Sequence record: OP292654.1
DNA length: 64,000 nt
Direction: 5' to 3' (one strand)
In this document: piece after piece, positions 48,528 to 58,338 of the stretch
Position numbering within the stretch: the first letter of the stretch is position 1
How the letters are laid out: each line of letters opens with the position of its first letter
Made by a program: the position numbers and the translations under genes
The notes under the pieces: generated by a model
Told to the model about the DNA's origin: nothing
What the model saw: only the letters and a program-made list of their open reading frames with translations
The model's database searches: none

Positions 48528-49208
48528 ATGACCGATACCAACAAAAATGTAGCACCAACTTCTATCTCTATCCCGTTCGTACTGGAAAAATCCGCTGAAG
48601 GTGAGCGTTCGTATGATCTGGCATCACGTATGATGCAAGAGCGTATCATTATGATTGATACTGATTTCAACGAACACATGGCTCATATTATCAAGATGCA
48701 GTTGATGTATCTGGATTCTCGCAGTTCACAGCCAATTACCATCTTCGTTACCTCCCCTGGTGGTTCCGTACATGATGGCCTCGGCATTAAAGATGTTGCG
48801 AAGAACTGTCGTTCACCGATCAAAACTATCGTAATGGGTTATGCTGCTTCTATGGGTTGCTACACTCAGTCAGTAGTTGGTACGCCAGGTATGCGTCTGA
48901 TGGGTGCTGATGCGTTCATTATGGCACACCAGGTATCATCTGGTACTAAGGGTCTTATCACTGACCAGAAGATTGCTCTGGCTCATTCAGACCGTCTGAA
49001 TACCCTTCTGACGACTCAGATCGCTGAAGCGGTAGGTCAGGACTACGAACAGTTTATGAAAGACTGTGACCGTGACCTGTGGCTGAATGCTGAAGAAGCA
49101 CTTCAGTACGGTACTAAAGGTTTTGTTGATGGTATTCTGGTTGGTGAGCGTAATGCTAAAGGCCAGTACAAAGTTAAGCGTCGCGATGGCTCATTTGATT
49201 GGGTGTAA
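48528..49208 (+). CDS. clpP: ClpP-like ATP-dependent protease proteolytic subunit
   Basis: SYDLASRMMQERII, TSPGGSV, AASMG, HQ, RDLWLNAEEALQYG. Confidence 0.9.
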   Translation: MTDTNKNVAPTSISIPFVLEKSAEGERSYDLASRMMQERIIMIDTDFNEHMAHIIKMQLMYLDSRSSQPITIFVTSPGGSVHDGLGIKDVAKNCRSPIKTIVMGYAASMGCYTQSVVGTPGMRLMGADAFIMAHQVSSGTKGLITDQKIALAHSDRLNTLLTTQIAEAVGQDYEQFMKDCDRDLWLNAEEALQYGTKGFVDGILVGERNAKGQYKVKRRDGSFDWV

Positions 49209-49498
49209 TGATGACTAAACAATTAGTTCGCGGGAACGAGGTTCCCGCTAATTCTGAAACTCTAAGTACTTCAGAATTTATGGATGTGGCACTTGAACAA
49301 ATTGCGAGTACCGCATTGGCAGTGAAAGGTTCAGATGAAGCTGAACCAGTACTGGATGCTATGTCAGATATTCTCGAATTAATGCGTGAATTCCTGGTAG
49401 CTAAAAATATTCAACCAGATTTTCTGTTTGAACACGCAAGTGAATTACGTAACACCAAAGGAACTTTCGATAAGAAAGTGGCAGTACCAAAGGACTAA
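49208..49498 (+). CDS. MazG-superfamily (phosphoribosyl-ATP pyrophosphohydrolase-like) small protein
   Basis: DAMSDILELM....A..I....L.......R..KG.F. Confidence 0.5.
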   Translation: MMTKQLVRGNEVPANSETLSTSEFMDVALEQIASTALAVKGSDEAEPVLDAMSDILELMREFLVAKNIQPDFLFEHASELRNTKGTFDKKVAVPKD

Positions 49499-49504
49499 AT
49501 TTTT

Positions 49505-49957
49505 ATGGCTACAAATGATCAATACACTCTAGGATATACGTTCTTTCAGGACAAACGAAATGAACCTCTAACTCCTGAAGCATTAAAACAAATGCATCCG
49601 TTCTTCCGTCGCGGTTATCGTACTGCTCAGGAAGATCAAATGAAGAAGAATAATCAAAACTTCCCATTTGTTCTTTCTGAGATTCCGACTCGTGGGGAAG
49701 TATTTGTACCGGATTGGAACGATATTCTGGCGGCAACACGCCGTCCACGTTTCGCTAAGCTACATAATATCCCTGCTCTGGCTCCAGTACTAAATGAGCT
49801 AATCAAGGCTGTAGAAAATAACAAAGACAAAATTCGCCGTTACTCAGATGTTATACGTATGGTTGATGAAGGATTTGATATTATTCTTCAGTACGGATAT
49901 GATAGTGGTATCCTAGATGAACATGATCTCAGTAAGTACAATTACGTACCGAAATAA
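49505..49957 (+). CDS. Hypothetical protein
   Basis: ORF. Confidence 0.75.
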   Translation: MATNDQYTLGYTFFQDKRNEPLTPEALKQMHPFFRRGYRTAQEDQMKKNNQNFPFVLSEIPTRGEVFVPDWNDILAATRRPRFAKLHNIPALAPVLNELIKAVENNKDKIRRYSDVIRMVDEGFDIILQYGYDSGILDEHDLSKYNYVPK

Positions 49958-50048
49958 TCTTAAAGGCTGCTGGATATGATAGTGGTATCCTAGATGAACA
50001 TGATCTCAGTAAGTACAATTACGTACCGAAATAATCTTAAAGGCTGCT
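49895..50048. repeat. Perfect 77-bp tandem duplication (probable assembly artefact)
   Basis: 49895-49971 is identical to 49972-50048. Confidence 0.95.
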
Positions 50049-50078
50049 TCGGCGGCCTTTTTCTATTAAGGAAATGAA

Positions 50079-50657
50079 ATGAAATTACGTGTATATACGG
50101 CACAAGAAACTGATAATCTTATTGCGAATATTAAACTAATTTGTAATCATATTGTCGATGTTAACAAAGACGCAATAGAACTGTTCGATGCTAAGTATAA
50201 AGAATACTTGGCAGCATTCAAACCAGGTTTAATCTTTAAACGTAAACCTCTTACTCGAAATAAATTCATTTCTAAGTGCTTCTATAATCAAAGTACTATG
50301 ACTTCAATTTATGATCATAAAGATTCATATATGGCTTCATATATCTTTTTCGAAGAAAACTTTACTGAAACATTCGAGTACTGTCGATTTGAACCTAAAC
50401 TGCGTTACTTTGATAATCACTTTACCAAATATGGTGTTCAGGGCTGGACGCAAGAGGATACGGAAGTACTAAATCGTGCTGGTGGTAGTACTAACTATTT
50501 CTTTGAACGTTGGACTTTCCGTGAATGGTATGCTATTCTCGTGAAATACGCACATCGTCCTTTTGAGTTTGATAAGGATGATGTAGAAATTTTAGAAATT
50601 ATCGAACGTAAAACTAAACGAGCTAAAGAATATTACGAGGCTAAGAATGCTGTATAA
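50079..50657 (+). CDS. Hypothetical protein (paralogue of the next gene)
   Basis: KYAHRPFEFDKDDV. Confidence 0.8.
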   Translation: MKLRVYTAQETDNLIANIKLICNHIVDVNKDAIELFDAKYKEYLAAFKPGLIFKRKPLTRNKFISKCFYNQSTMTSIYDHKDSYMASYIFFEENFTETFEYCRFEPKLRYFDNHFTKYGVQGWTQEDTEVLNRAGGSTNYFFERWTFREWYAILVKYAHRPFEFDKDDVEILEIIERKTKRAKEYYEAKNAV

Positions 50658-51144
50658 AGAATTGACTGAACGTAATACTAATGTTTGGATTAACAATCTT
50701 GAAAAAGTAATTAAACTAAATGAATTGCTGTTGGAAAAATCAAAAGACCGTCACATTATTATGTTGAATGAGTATCAGGAAAAATACCGTTCCAATTTTT
50801 TAGGTAAATTTCTTTATAAAGAACAGTGTGAACTTATTGGCTCACGAATTTATGAAGGATATAATTCACTTTTCGCTCTAAAATTAATGACTCCATATAC
50901 TGAAGCTGAATTGATTATGGAAGATCATACTGACGAGTACTTTTACCAAAAGAAAGAAGAACTCGAAAAGACGTTCGAACGCTGGAGTAAATACGCAGAC
51001 CGCCCATTCAAGATAGAAGAAAAAGATGTTATCTACTATCAAGAACTGGTAGCGTATCATAATGAAACTATTGAAGTGGCAAAAGGACTTGGATTAGACT
51101 ATGAAGCATTCAACTTGGATGAATATCGCAGCAATCGTGGCTGA
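50647..51144 (+). CDS. Hypothetical protein (paralogue of the previous gene)
   Basis: KYADRPFKIEEKDV. Confidence 0.8.
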   Translation: MLYKELTERNTNVWINNLEKVIKLNELLLEKSKDRHIIMLNEYQEKYRSNFLGKFLYKEQCELIGSRIYEGYNSLFALKLMTPYTEAELIMEDHTDEYFYQKKEELEKTFERWSKYADRPFKIEEKDVIYYQELVAYHNETIEVAKGLGLDYEAFNLDEYRSNRG

Positions 51145-51580
51145 TGAAAGTAAATGTATCTCACAGCATGTAGGTGCTGTTATCGTAAAGAATGACCGAA
51201 TTGTTAGTACTGGATACAATGGTTCTCCAACTAAGCAAGAAAATTGTTGTGATGCTAATTCACATTTAGTACATAACGGGGAATTCCAAAATTGGGTTTC
51301 CGATGAAGCAAAACATGAGCATCATGAATGGAGTCAACTCCATGAACTTCATGCTGAACATAATGCACTTTTATTTGCGAATCCAGTTGACAGAGACGGT
51401 GCAACCCTGTATTGTACTCTACAGCCGTGCTACGTCTGTTCTCTGCTCATTGCGGGTAGTGGGATAAAACGTGTCATTTATGATAAAGAATATCACCGGA
51501 CACCTGAACAAGCACTTGACGTGCTCAGAAATGCTGGTATAATTGTAGAAAGACTATCGGACATAGAGGATACAAAATGA
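51101..51580 (+). CDS. cd: dCMP deaminase
   Basis: VGAVIVK, STGYNG, HAEHNA, PCYVC. Confidence 0.92.
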   Translation: MKHSTWMNIAAIVADESKCISQHVGAVIVKNDRIVSTGYNGSPTKQENCCDANSHLVHNGEFQNWVSDEAKHEHHEWSQLHELHAEHNALLFANPVDRDGATLYCTLQPCYVCSLLIAGSGIKRVIYDKEYHRTPEQALDVLRNAGIIVERLSDIEDTK

Positions 51581-51843
51581 AAACTATCATTATCTTAATC
51601 ATGATTCTTCTCGCAATTGCTTTCGTCGCAGCAGTACTGTACTCAGTTGCCAAAGACAAAAAGCCAGTTACGAAGAAAAACATTCAGAACCACAAAGTGC
51701 GGTTTGACGCAGCACAAGAAAAGTACTTCATCGTGAACGAAATGGACACGTATGATGAACCTGTAACTAATGCTTTCGGGTTCCGTGTGATGTACAAAGA
51801 CAAGGTGAAAGCCGACTTTGTATGTCAAAAATTGAATTCATAA
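51577..51843 (+). CDS. Membrane-anchored small protein
   Basis: N-terminal TM. Confidence 0.75.
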   Translation: MKTIIILIMILLAIAFVAAVLYSVAKDKKPVTKKNIQNHKVRFDAAQEKYFIVNEMDTYDEPVTNAFGFRVMYKDKVKADFVCQKLNS

Positions 51844-51870
51844 AAAAAGGACGCTTCGGCGTCCTTTTTT
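51844..51870. terminator. Bidirectional intrinsic terminator
   Basis: AAAAAAGGACGC-TTCG-GCGTCCTTTTTT between convergent genes. Confidence 0.9.
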
Positions 51871-51883
51871 GTTTTAAGTAATA

Positions 51884-52540
51884 TTAAGCTGTAACTGTAA
51901 TAACAGTAGTATCAGTAAATGATCCATCTACAGTAGTAACAGTAATAGTCGCAGAACCAACTGCTACCGCAGTAACTAGTCCAGTAGAACTAACTGTTGC
52001 GATGCTTGGTGCTGAAGACACATAAGTAACTGCTGAATTTGTTGCGTTAACTGGTGCTACAGCAGCAGTAAGTTGCTGTGTAGTTGTTCCAGCTAGACTT
52101 AAAGTTGCGGTAGCTGGAGTTAAACTAACGCCAGTAACGTAAACTGTCAAATCACCTTGACCAGTATAATCAGAAAGATATTGTACTGAACCGTCTTGTA
52201 GAACTACTTTGTTTAGTAGTAAACGAACAGCAAATCCAACAACATCACCCTCTGTATCAACTACACTGATACAGAAAGTACCATTAGCTAGTTTACCTGC
52301 TAGTGTTGAAGCACTATCAGAAACAGAAAGATTAGCACCGTTAGCATCAACACCAGTGATTTTCACGAATGGATATAGAGTAGTACCATCAGCACTGATT
52401 AGATCAAATACGTGGATGGAACGTTGTTTGCTAATGCGAACATTAGTCAATTGTGTACCATCGGATAAAACAGCAGCATCTACATTGATACCATCTACAC
52501 CGAATGGAGATTTATTACGACCAGCAATTGGTTTTCCCAT
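51884..52540 (-). CDS. Ig-like (Big_2) domain protein, probable virion decoration or tail accessory
   Basis: C-terminal VTGVSL...LTAAVAP.NATN..V.Y.SS.PSIATV...G.VTAV..G.ATIT; AGGAG SD. Confidence 0.88.
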   Translation of the reverse strand: MGKPIAGRNKSPFGVDGINVDAAVLSDGTQLTNVRISKQRSIHVFDLISADGTTLYPFVKITGVDANGANLSVSDSASTLAGKLANGTFCISVVDTEGDVVGFAVRLLLNKVVLQDGSVQYLSDYTGQGDLTVYVTGVSLTPATATLSLAGTTTQQLTAAVAPVNATNSAVTYVSSAPSIATVSSTGLVTAVAVGSATITVTTVDGSFTDTTVITVTA

Positions 52541-52742
52541 TTTTAGTCTCCTAAGAAAGTTATATAATTATATTCAGTATTTATTAAGATACCGAAAACT
52601 AGCTATTGCTATTAATATTTACTTTTGAAGCACAAAAAGTGCTTGACGATCTCAAAGAAATTTGATAGTATCATATTGTTCTAGCAAATTGGCGACCAAA
52701 AAACTTGGAACGCCATTGATTTTTATGCTATAATGTACACAT

Positions 52743-52789
52743 CAAGGCGTTGTAGCCTTGTCTCAATAATGACTAAGGGAGTCTTAGAA
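52743..52789 (+). promoter_or_regulatory. Shared two-hairpin leader of the NMNAT-Nudix gene
   Basis: CAAGGC-GTTGTA-GCCTTG then CTAAG-GGAGT-CTTAG, 2 nt before ATG. Confidence 0.7.
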
Positions 52790-53857
52790 ATGAAAAACGA
52801 AAAAGTTTATGTATATATTGGTCGTTTCCAAATGGCACATGCTGGTCATGAAGCTACCATTAAACACGCATTAGAAAATTCAGACCGTTTGGTAATCCTG
52901 GTTGGTTCTTCTGATATGGCACGTGATTCAAAGAATCCGTTCACTTTCGATGAACGCAAGCAAGTACTGGATGCTATGTCTAGTCGTTTAGCACAAGCAG
53001 AATGGGCTAAAGGACGTTCGGTTAAGGTTAATATCCTTCCAATCCACGACTACGTATATAACAACAGCAAATGGCTGATGGAAGTTCATGAGCAAGTTAA
53101 ATCTGTAACTCAGAGTGAAAATATTTTCATTACTGGTTGTCAGAAAGAAGCTGACTCAAGTACTTTCTACCTGAACTTCTTCCCTCAGTGGAATCAGGAT
53201 TTTATTGCTGAAGAAAAAGCTGATGAAGCAACTATTAACAGTACTGCTATGCGTCAACAATTCTTCAGTACTAAACAAGTTCCAGAAAGTCTGCCAGAAG
53301 AAACTAAAGAGTTTCTTGAGAAGTTCATGAAAACTAAACCAATGGTTTTCGATAATCTGATTGGCGAATTCAACTTTGTACAACGTTATCGTTCAGAGAT
53401 GAAAGAAAAACTTCCATATGACAATATCCCGTTCTTGACGGGTGACGCATTGGTAATCTGTGCTGGTCATGTACTGTTGGTTAAGCGTCGCACTTTCCCA
53501 GGCAAAGGTTTATACGCACTTCCTGGCGGTTTCTTTGACGCATGGCAAGACAAAGATCAGGTTCAAACCGCACTACGTGAACTCAAAGAAGAAACAAAGA
53601 TTGATGTTCCGATGAAAGTACTTGAAGGTTCAATTCGTGAAAGTATGGAATTCGGTGATTTCAATCGTTCACTTCGTTGGCGTATCATTACTCGCTGTGC
53701 TCATATCCAGCTTCAGGACAATACTTTACCAAAAGTAAAAGGTTCTGATGATGCTGAAAAAGCATTCTGGATGCCGCTTGGTGAGTTGGTTAAGAATCGT
53801 GATAAATTCTTTGAAGACCATTTGAGTATCATTGATACTTTCCTGGGAATTCTGTAA
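52790..53857 (+). CDS. Bifunctional NMN adenylyltransferase/ADP-ribose pyrophosphatase (NadM-Nudix, NatV-like)
   Basis: YIGRFQMAHAGH, KNPFTFDER, NSTAMR; Nudix LPGGF...ALRELKEET, GSDDA. Confidence 0.92.
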   Translation: MKNEKVYVYIGRFQMAHAGHEATIKHALENSDRLVILVGSSDMARDSKNPFTFDERKQVLDAMSSRLAQAEWAKGRSVKVNILPIHDYVYNNSKWLMEVHEQVKSVTQSENIFITGCQKEADSSTFYLNFFPQWNQDFIAEEKADEATINSTAMRQQFFSTKQVPESLPEETKEFLEKFMKTKPMVFDNLIGEFNFVQRYRSEMKEKLPYDNIPFLTGDALVICAGHVLLVKRRTFPGKGLYALPGGFFDAWQDKDQVQTALRELKEETKIDVPMKVLEGSIRESMEFGDFNRSLRWRIITRCAHIQLQDNTLPKVKGSDDAEKAFWMPLGELVKNRDKFFEDHLSIIDTFLGIL

Positions 53858-53904
53858 GAGTTTTGGAGTACTGAAAGGTACTCCATTTTAATTGAGAGGA
53901 TGAT

Positions 53905-54423
53905 ATGTTATTTTGTCAACCAGAACGCTTTTATAAAGAAATGAAATATATTTCTGATAATCGTGAAAGTTTTATCAAAAAAATCTGCTTGACAGAATAC
54001 CAAATACCTGATAAGATTGAATATATTGATCCAATTCAATATCTAATTAAGATGGTTCTGAGTGAACCAGAAACCGAAGACCCGAATCGTGTATTCGCAC
54101 TACGAACTTATGGCACAAATAATGGTCTAGAACCGCATAAGAGTGATCGAATGGCACAAACGTACTTTGGTCAGATAGAACGTGGCAATTTATTCATATC
54201 TCGAAGTGTTTCGGATATTGTAGTACAGGATAATGGTACAATTCATTACCGGGACTCTGATGAATTTGGTGATGAATACGAGTTTTCACTCGACGCAATT
54301 GCGTTGAACCTGTACAACAATCCATATGATATACCTTCATATATTAGGCTAAATCCTAATATGTTTGAACCTAATAATTTATTGGCTAAAATACCAGTAA
54401 ATTTACTACAGCATTTGGTATAA
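53905..54423 (+). CDS. Hypothetical protein
   Basis: GAGG SD. Confidence 0.75.
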   Translation: MLFCQPERFYKEMKYISDNRESFIKKICLTEYQIPDKIEYIDPIQYLIKMVLSEPETEDPNRVFALRTYGTNNGLEPHKSDRMAQTYFGQIERGNLFISRSVSDIVVQDNGTIHYRDSDEFGDEYEFSLDAIALNLYNNPYDIPSYIRLNPNMFEPNNLLAKIPVNLLQHLV

Positions 54424-54432
54424 ACCAAATAA

Positions 54433-54483
54433 TGAAAGCGTTGTAGCTTTCACTTAAACTTAATAACTAAGGGAGTCTTAGAT
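54433..54483 (+). promoter_or_regulatory. Shared two-hairpin leader of the NAMPT gene
   Basis: TGAAAGC-GTTGTA-GCTTTCA then CTAAG-GGAGT-CTTAG, 2 nt before ATG. Confidence 0.7.
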
Positions 54484-55998
54484 ATGACTATTACTAACAA
54501 AAATTTTAATGACGTTATTGATTTCTCTGATAACGTAAACTTTATCCTCAACGTTGACTCGTATAAAACTGGTCACGGCTTTATGATGAAAGAGGGCGTA
54601 GTAGCTCTTGAAAGTAACATCATTGCTCGTAAACCGTCCAAGTACGCAACGCACGTTGTAATGGCTGGTCTTCAGTACTACATTCAGAAGTACTTGAACA
54701 TCACTATCACACTTGAGGATATTGACGAAGCTGAACTTGAAACCGAACAACGTGGCGACGATTTTGATCGCGGTTTTTGGGAACATATTCTGGAAGTACA
54801 CGGCGGTAAAATTCCTGTACATATCCGTGCTGTTCCTGAAGGTACTGTAGTTCCGGTTGGTTGCCCTTTGGTACGTTCTTTCAGTACTGATCCTCGTGTT
54901 TGCGTTATCGCAAGTTATATCGAGACTCAGTTACAACGTGCTGTATGGTTCCCTACAACTGTAGCAAGTAATGCTCGTAGCATTAAAGAGTTTTTGGCAG
55001 ACACAATGGAACGTCATGCGGGGCATCGCTTCGTGGACTACCATCTTCACAACTTCGGTGATCGCGGTGCTTCCAGCTATGAATCAGCAATTCTGGCGGG
55101 TATGTCTCACGCAATGATCTTCAGTGGTTCTGATTGTCTGTCTGCGAACCGTTACATTAAAAAGTACTTCCACACTGATAAAGCATATCTGAGTTCCGTA
55201 ACTGCTTCTGAGCATAGTGCTACCTGCTCTAACTCTGACGCAGACAAACGCGATGACTTCAATATGGCTCTGAAAATGGTTCGCCTGTGGGAGAAAAAAG
55301 TTGATGCGTATATTGCTAAAGGTTCAGTTGGTGTTCCACCAATCGTTTCAGTAGTAATTGATACGTATGATGCTTACCGCTTCGTTCGTGAATTCATCGG
55401 TACTCGTCTGAAAGAGATGATCCTTGAAATCGCGGCTCGTTGTCCTGGTGCTAAACTTGTCATGCGTCCAGATAGTGGTGATCCAACTACTATGCCTATT
55501 GAGATCCTGGATATTCTGGCAGATAAATTCGGTACTACTGTGAATGCTAATGGCTTCAAAGTACTGCCAAGTTTCATCGGTGTAATTCAGGGTGACGGTA
55601 TCAACGAAGACAGCATTCGCCAAATCGTTGCGAATCTGGAAGCTAAGAACTACTCTATTGAGAACCTTGTGTTCGGTATGGGTGGTAAACTGGTTCATCC
55701 AGAAAAAGGTCGCGATACCTATTCATTCGCAATGAAAGGTTCTGCTCAGCAATTGGCTGACGGTACTTGGGAAGATCTGTTCAAAGACCCAATTACCGAT
55801 GTGGGTAAACGTTCTCTGCGTGGTCGCGTGACTACCTATGAATGTACTAATTCCCACAAGATCATTGCTGAACGCATTGAGCTTCAAGAAGTCAACCACT
55901 TCATTAAAGATATGATGGTTGATATGTACATTAACGGTGAGATTTTCAATCTCAGTAACTTCGATGAAGTCCGTGAACGTGCTAACAAAGGTTTGTAA
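54484..55998 (+). CDS. nadV: Nicotinamide phosphoribosyltransferase
   Basis: DSYKTGH, LHNFGDRG, ASEHS, DTYD, RPDSGDP, IQGDG, FGMGG. Confidence 0.93.
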   Translation: MTITNKNFNDVIDFSDNVNFILNVDSYKTGHGFMMKEGVVALESNIIARKPSKYATHVVMAGLQYYIQKYLNITITLEDIDEAELETEQRGDDFDRGFWEHILEVHGGKIPVHIRAVPEGTVVPVGCPLVRSFSTDPRVCVIASYIETQLQRAVWFPTTVASNARSIKEFLADTMERHAGHRFVDYHLHNFGDRGASSYESAILAGMSHAMIFSGSDCLSANRYIKKYFHTDKAYLSSVTASEHSATCSNSDADKRDDFNMALKMVRLWEKKVDAYIAKGSVGVPPIVSVVIDTYDAYRFVREFIGTRLKEMILEIAARCPGAKLVMRPDSGDPTTMPIEILDILADKFGTTVNANGFKVLPSFIGVIQGDGINEDSIRQIVANLEAKNYSIENLVFGMGGKLVHPEKGRDTYSFAMKGSAQQLADGTWEDLFKDPITDVGKRSLRGRVTTYECTNSHKIIAERIELQEVNHFIKDMMVDMYINGEIFNLSNFDEVRERANKGL

Positions 55999-56052
55999 TA
56001 TTTTAGGAGAGCTTCGGCTCTCCTTTCTTTTAATTTACCGAGAGTAACACAT

Positions 56053-56514
56053 ATGAATATTTTAGAGTCTTATTCAAGAAATACTTGTGCTTTAGCAAAT
56101 ATGTATTTTGACAATCCAAAAGTTGAAGGTATAATGAAAAAATTCCAAGATATTTTTGGTAATACACATCTTTCATATTGTGTATATTGGTCTAGTAAAA
56201 TCTTTAAAAAGGAATTACTACGAAAAAACTTCGTTGAGTACCATGATTTTATTGGTTACATAAAAAGTGAACGTAAAAATCATGGAAAGACCTCAGCAAA
56301 TAATAATTATAGTACTGTTATTGAATTTAATCGTGATAATCAACGGATAACTTGGAAATTTAATCCATCTAAATCTCTTCGCAAAAAACTTTCAGGTGCG
56401 TTTCGCGTTCTTTCAGTTAATACTGATGGAAATAACATACATATGGTATATTCCAAAAATGGAAAATCAAAATATATCAAATTCGATTATAATAATATCG
56501 AGGTTTTGATATGA
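56053..56514 (+). CDS. Hypothetical protein
   Basis: ORF after terminator. Confidence 0.7.
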   Translation: MNILESYSRNTCALANMYFDNPKVEGIMKKFQDIFGNTHLSYCVYWSSKIFKKELLRKNFVEYHDFIGYIKSERKNHGKTSANNNYSTVIEFNRDNQRITWKFNPSKSLRKKLSGAFRVLSVNTDGNNIHMVYSKNGKSKYIKFDYNNIEVLI

Positions 56515-56747
56515 TAGATTTTCTTAAAGATATTGCCCTAACTATAATGGCAGTTGGTTTTGGGTTAGCCGTACTATTTCCAGTACTATTGAACATGTTT
56601 GTTGCTATTGGAATGATGGCAATAGTTCATACAACTAACTGGAAAGATACATTAATACAATATAGTTTATACATAGTAACAGTACTGGCAACTATCGCTT
56701 TTGGTGCTTATTATGCTATAACAATTTACTACATTTGGATATACTAA
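56511..56747 (+). CDS. Small membrane protein
   Basis: Hydrophobic. Confidence 0.7.
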   Translation: MIDFLKDIALTIMAVGFGLAVLFPVLLNMFVAIGMMAIVHTTNWKDTLIQYSLYIVTVLATIAFGAYYAITIYYIWIY

Positions 56748-57670
56748 TGGGTTCTTTTAATACTTCTTGTGCTGTATCTCAACTTCCTATTGGTGAAAAA
56801 GATGAAGTTGTAATTTTGTTAGCAGTCGCTGCTCCTGGTATAGACCGTACCAAAATCTTATACAACGATCATTTCTACAACCTTATAGGCTTGCCTATGA
56901 CTGGTTATTATAACGATTATGGTAAGTATAAGCTTGAAGAAACTACAAGGAATCGTGAAATTTGGGAAATTTATAATCGGTTTCTTTGTTCTAATTTGAA
57001 AAAAGAAGATTTCCTTCTTGAAGAAGATATGGATAACCCTGAATCTTGGTCATTTACATTTGATGATGTTCAGGATATTATCTGGAATGATGGCATCAAT
57101 ATTCAATATACAGGTTATGATCAAGTTACCGTTCATGAATTGCCTATTTCGATTTATGCCGTACATAAACATATCTACGAAACTTTAAGTTCAGAATTCA
57201 CGTACTATGCTGGTACATTCAGTACTAATGAATGTGTAGAGAAAATCCGCAGTCATCCACATTATGATTATTTCATTAATCATGAAACTTTTATTCCTGA
57301 ATATGAAGCAAAAGTTGTTGATGAAAATCCTGAAGAAGAAACGTTCGAAGAAAAGGTATGGGCTGAAATTACTATGGCATTGATGTTGGCAGATTTCCAG
57401 CGTCCACCATTACCTTTTTATGAAGATGTTCATATTGAACGTTCCGGTGTTCAGCGTAAATTTGATTTCAAGTTGACTGATTATTTGGTATATGCTGAAG
57501 AAATTATTGGTTTATCTGTATTTGAAACGAACCTTCGTCAACTTAACATTCAGGTAGTTCCATCAATTACTGGTGGTCAATCATTTAATTACAATACACA
57601 CATTGCTTTTCATAATAGTGTTGCTGAGTTAGCTGAAAAGTACCGTGTTGACAAAGAACGGGATTATTAA
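56746..57670 (+). CDS. Conserved hypothetical phage protein
   Basis: MGSFNTSCAVSQLPI...YNDYG. Confidence 0.8.
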
Positions 57671-57672
57671 AT

Positions 57673-57870
57673 ATGTTAACATACATGCTATTTCTAACAG
57701 TACTGGCGTATTTCGTAATTTGTTTTCTGACTTATTCAGAGTATAAATCGAAATTCAAAGAACGTCCTATGACGTTCAAGAAAGGATTTTATATCTTTGC
57801 TGGGTTATCTTTATTCGTTATAGCAGGTGTGTTCCTATTTGTATTAGGATACTTGATTTTAACGATGTAA
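57673..57870 (+). CDS. Small membrane protein
   Basis: 2 TM. Confidence 0.7.
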   Translation: MLTYMLFLTVLAYFVICFLTYSEYKSKFKERPMTFKKGFYIFAGLSLFVIAGVFLFVLGYLILTM

Positions 57871-57879
57871 GGATATATA

Positions 57880-58326
57880 ATGGCAGGGAAAGGTTACGTG
57901 GGTCTAGATCTAGATATTGATCAAGCAAAAGAGATCCAAAAAATATTTAAAATTGCTGGGGTTGATTGCTTGACACCCTCTCAGTTTCATGTTACAGTGA
58001 TGCAAGATGAAAGTAATCCTGAAATAGATTTACTTTCAAATGATAAGACTTATACAGCAAAGATTACTGGTGTTGAAAGACTTGGTAAGCCAGGTGGTGA
58101 ATGGGAAGCGATAGTACTGTTACTTGATGCTCCAGAAATTCAGCAACGCCATAAAGAGCTAGTCAATGCTGGGTTTAAACATAAATTCGATGACCTAAAA
58201 TGTCATATGAGTATTGTTTATAAACCAAAAGATACAGATGAAGATCTGATCAATTTAGTCTACAATCTTGGGGTTCTTCCCGAAGAATTAACCTTTGGGA
58301 ATGAGCAATTGAAAGTCACCGTTTAA
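57880..58326 (+). CDS. 2H phosphoesterase, T4 gp57B/Acb1 anti-CBASS-like
   Basis: GYV; HVTV; IVLLLD....QQRH; G.KH.FDD...HMSIVY, matching the Acb1 layout. Confidence 0.8.
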   Translation: MAGKGYVGLDLDIDQAKEIQKIFKIAGVDCLTPSQFHVTVMQDESNPEIDLLSNDKTYTAKITGVERLGKPGGEWEAIVLLLDAPEIQQRHKELVNAGFKHKFDDLKCHMSIVYKPKDTDEDLINLVYNLGVLPEELTFGNEQLKVTV

Positions 58327-58338
58327 TGGAAAACGAAC

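Noticed and set aside
49895-50048. Perfect 77-bp tandem duplication of the end of ORF 49505 plus half of its terminator
   Set aside because: The length equals a standard SPAdes k-mer (77) and identity is 100%, the typical signature of an untrimmed circular-contig overlap after re-opening the genome. Probably an artefact; spanning reads or PCR would decide.
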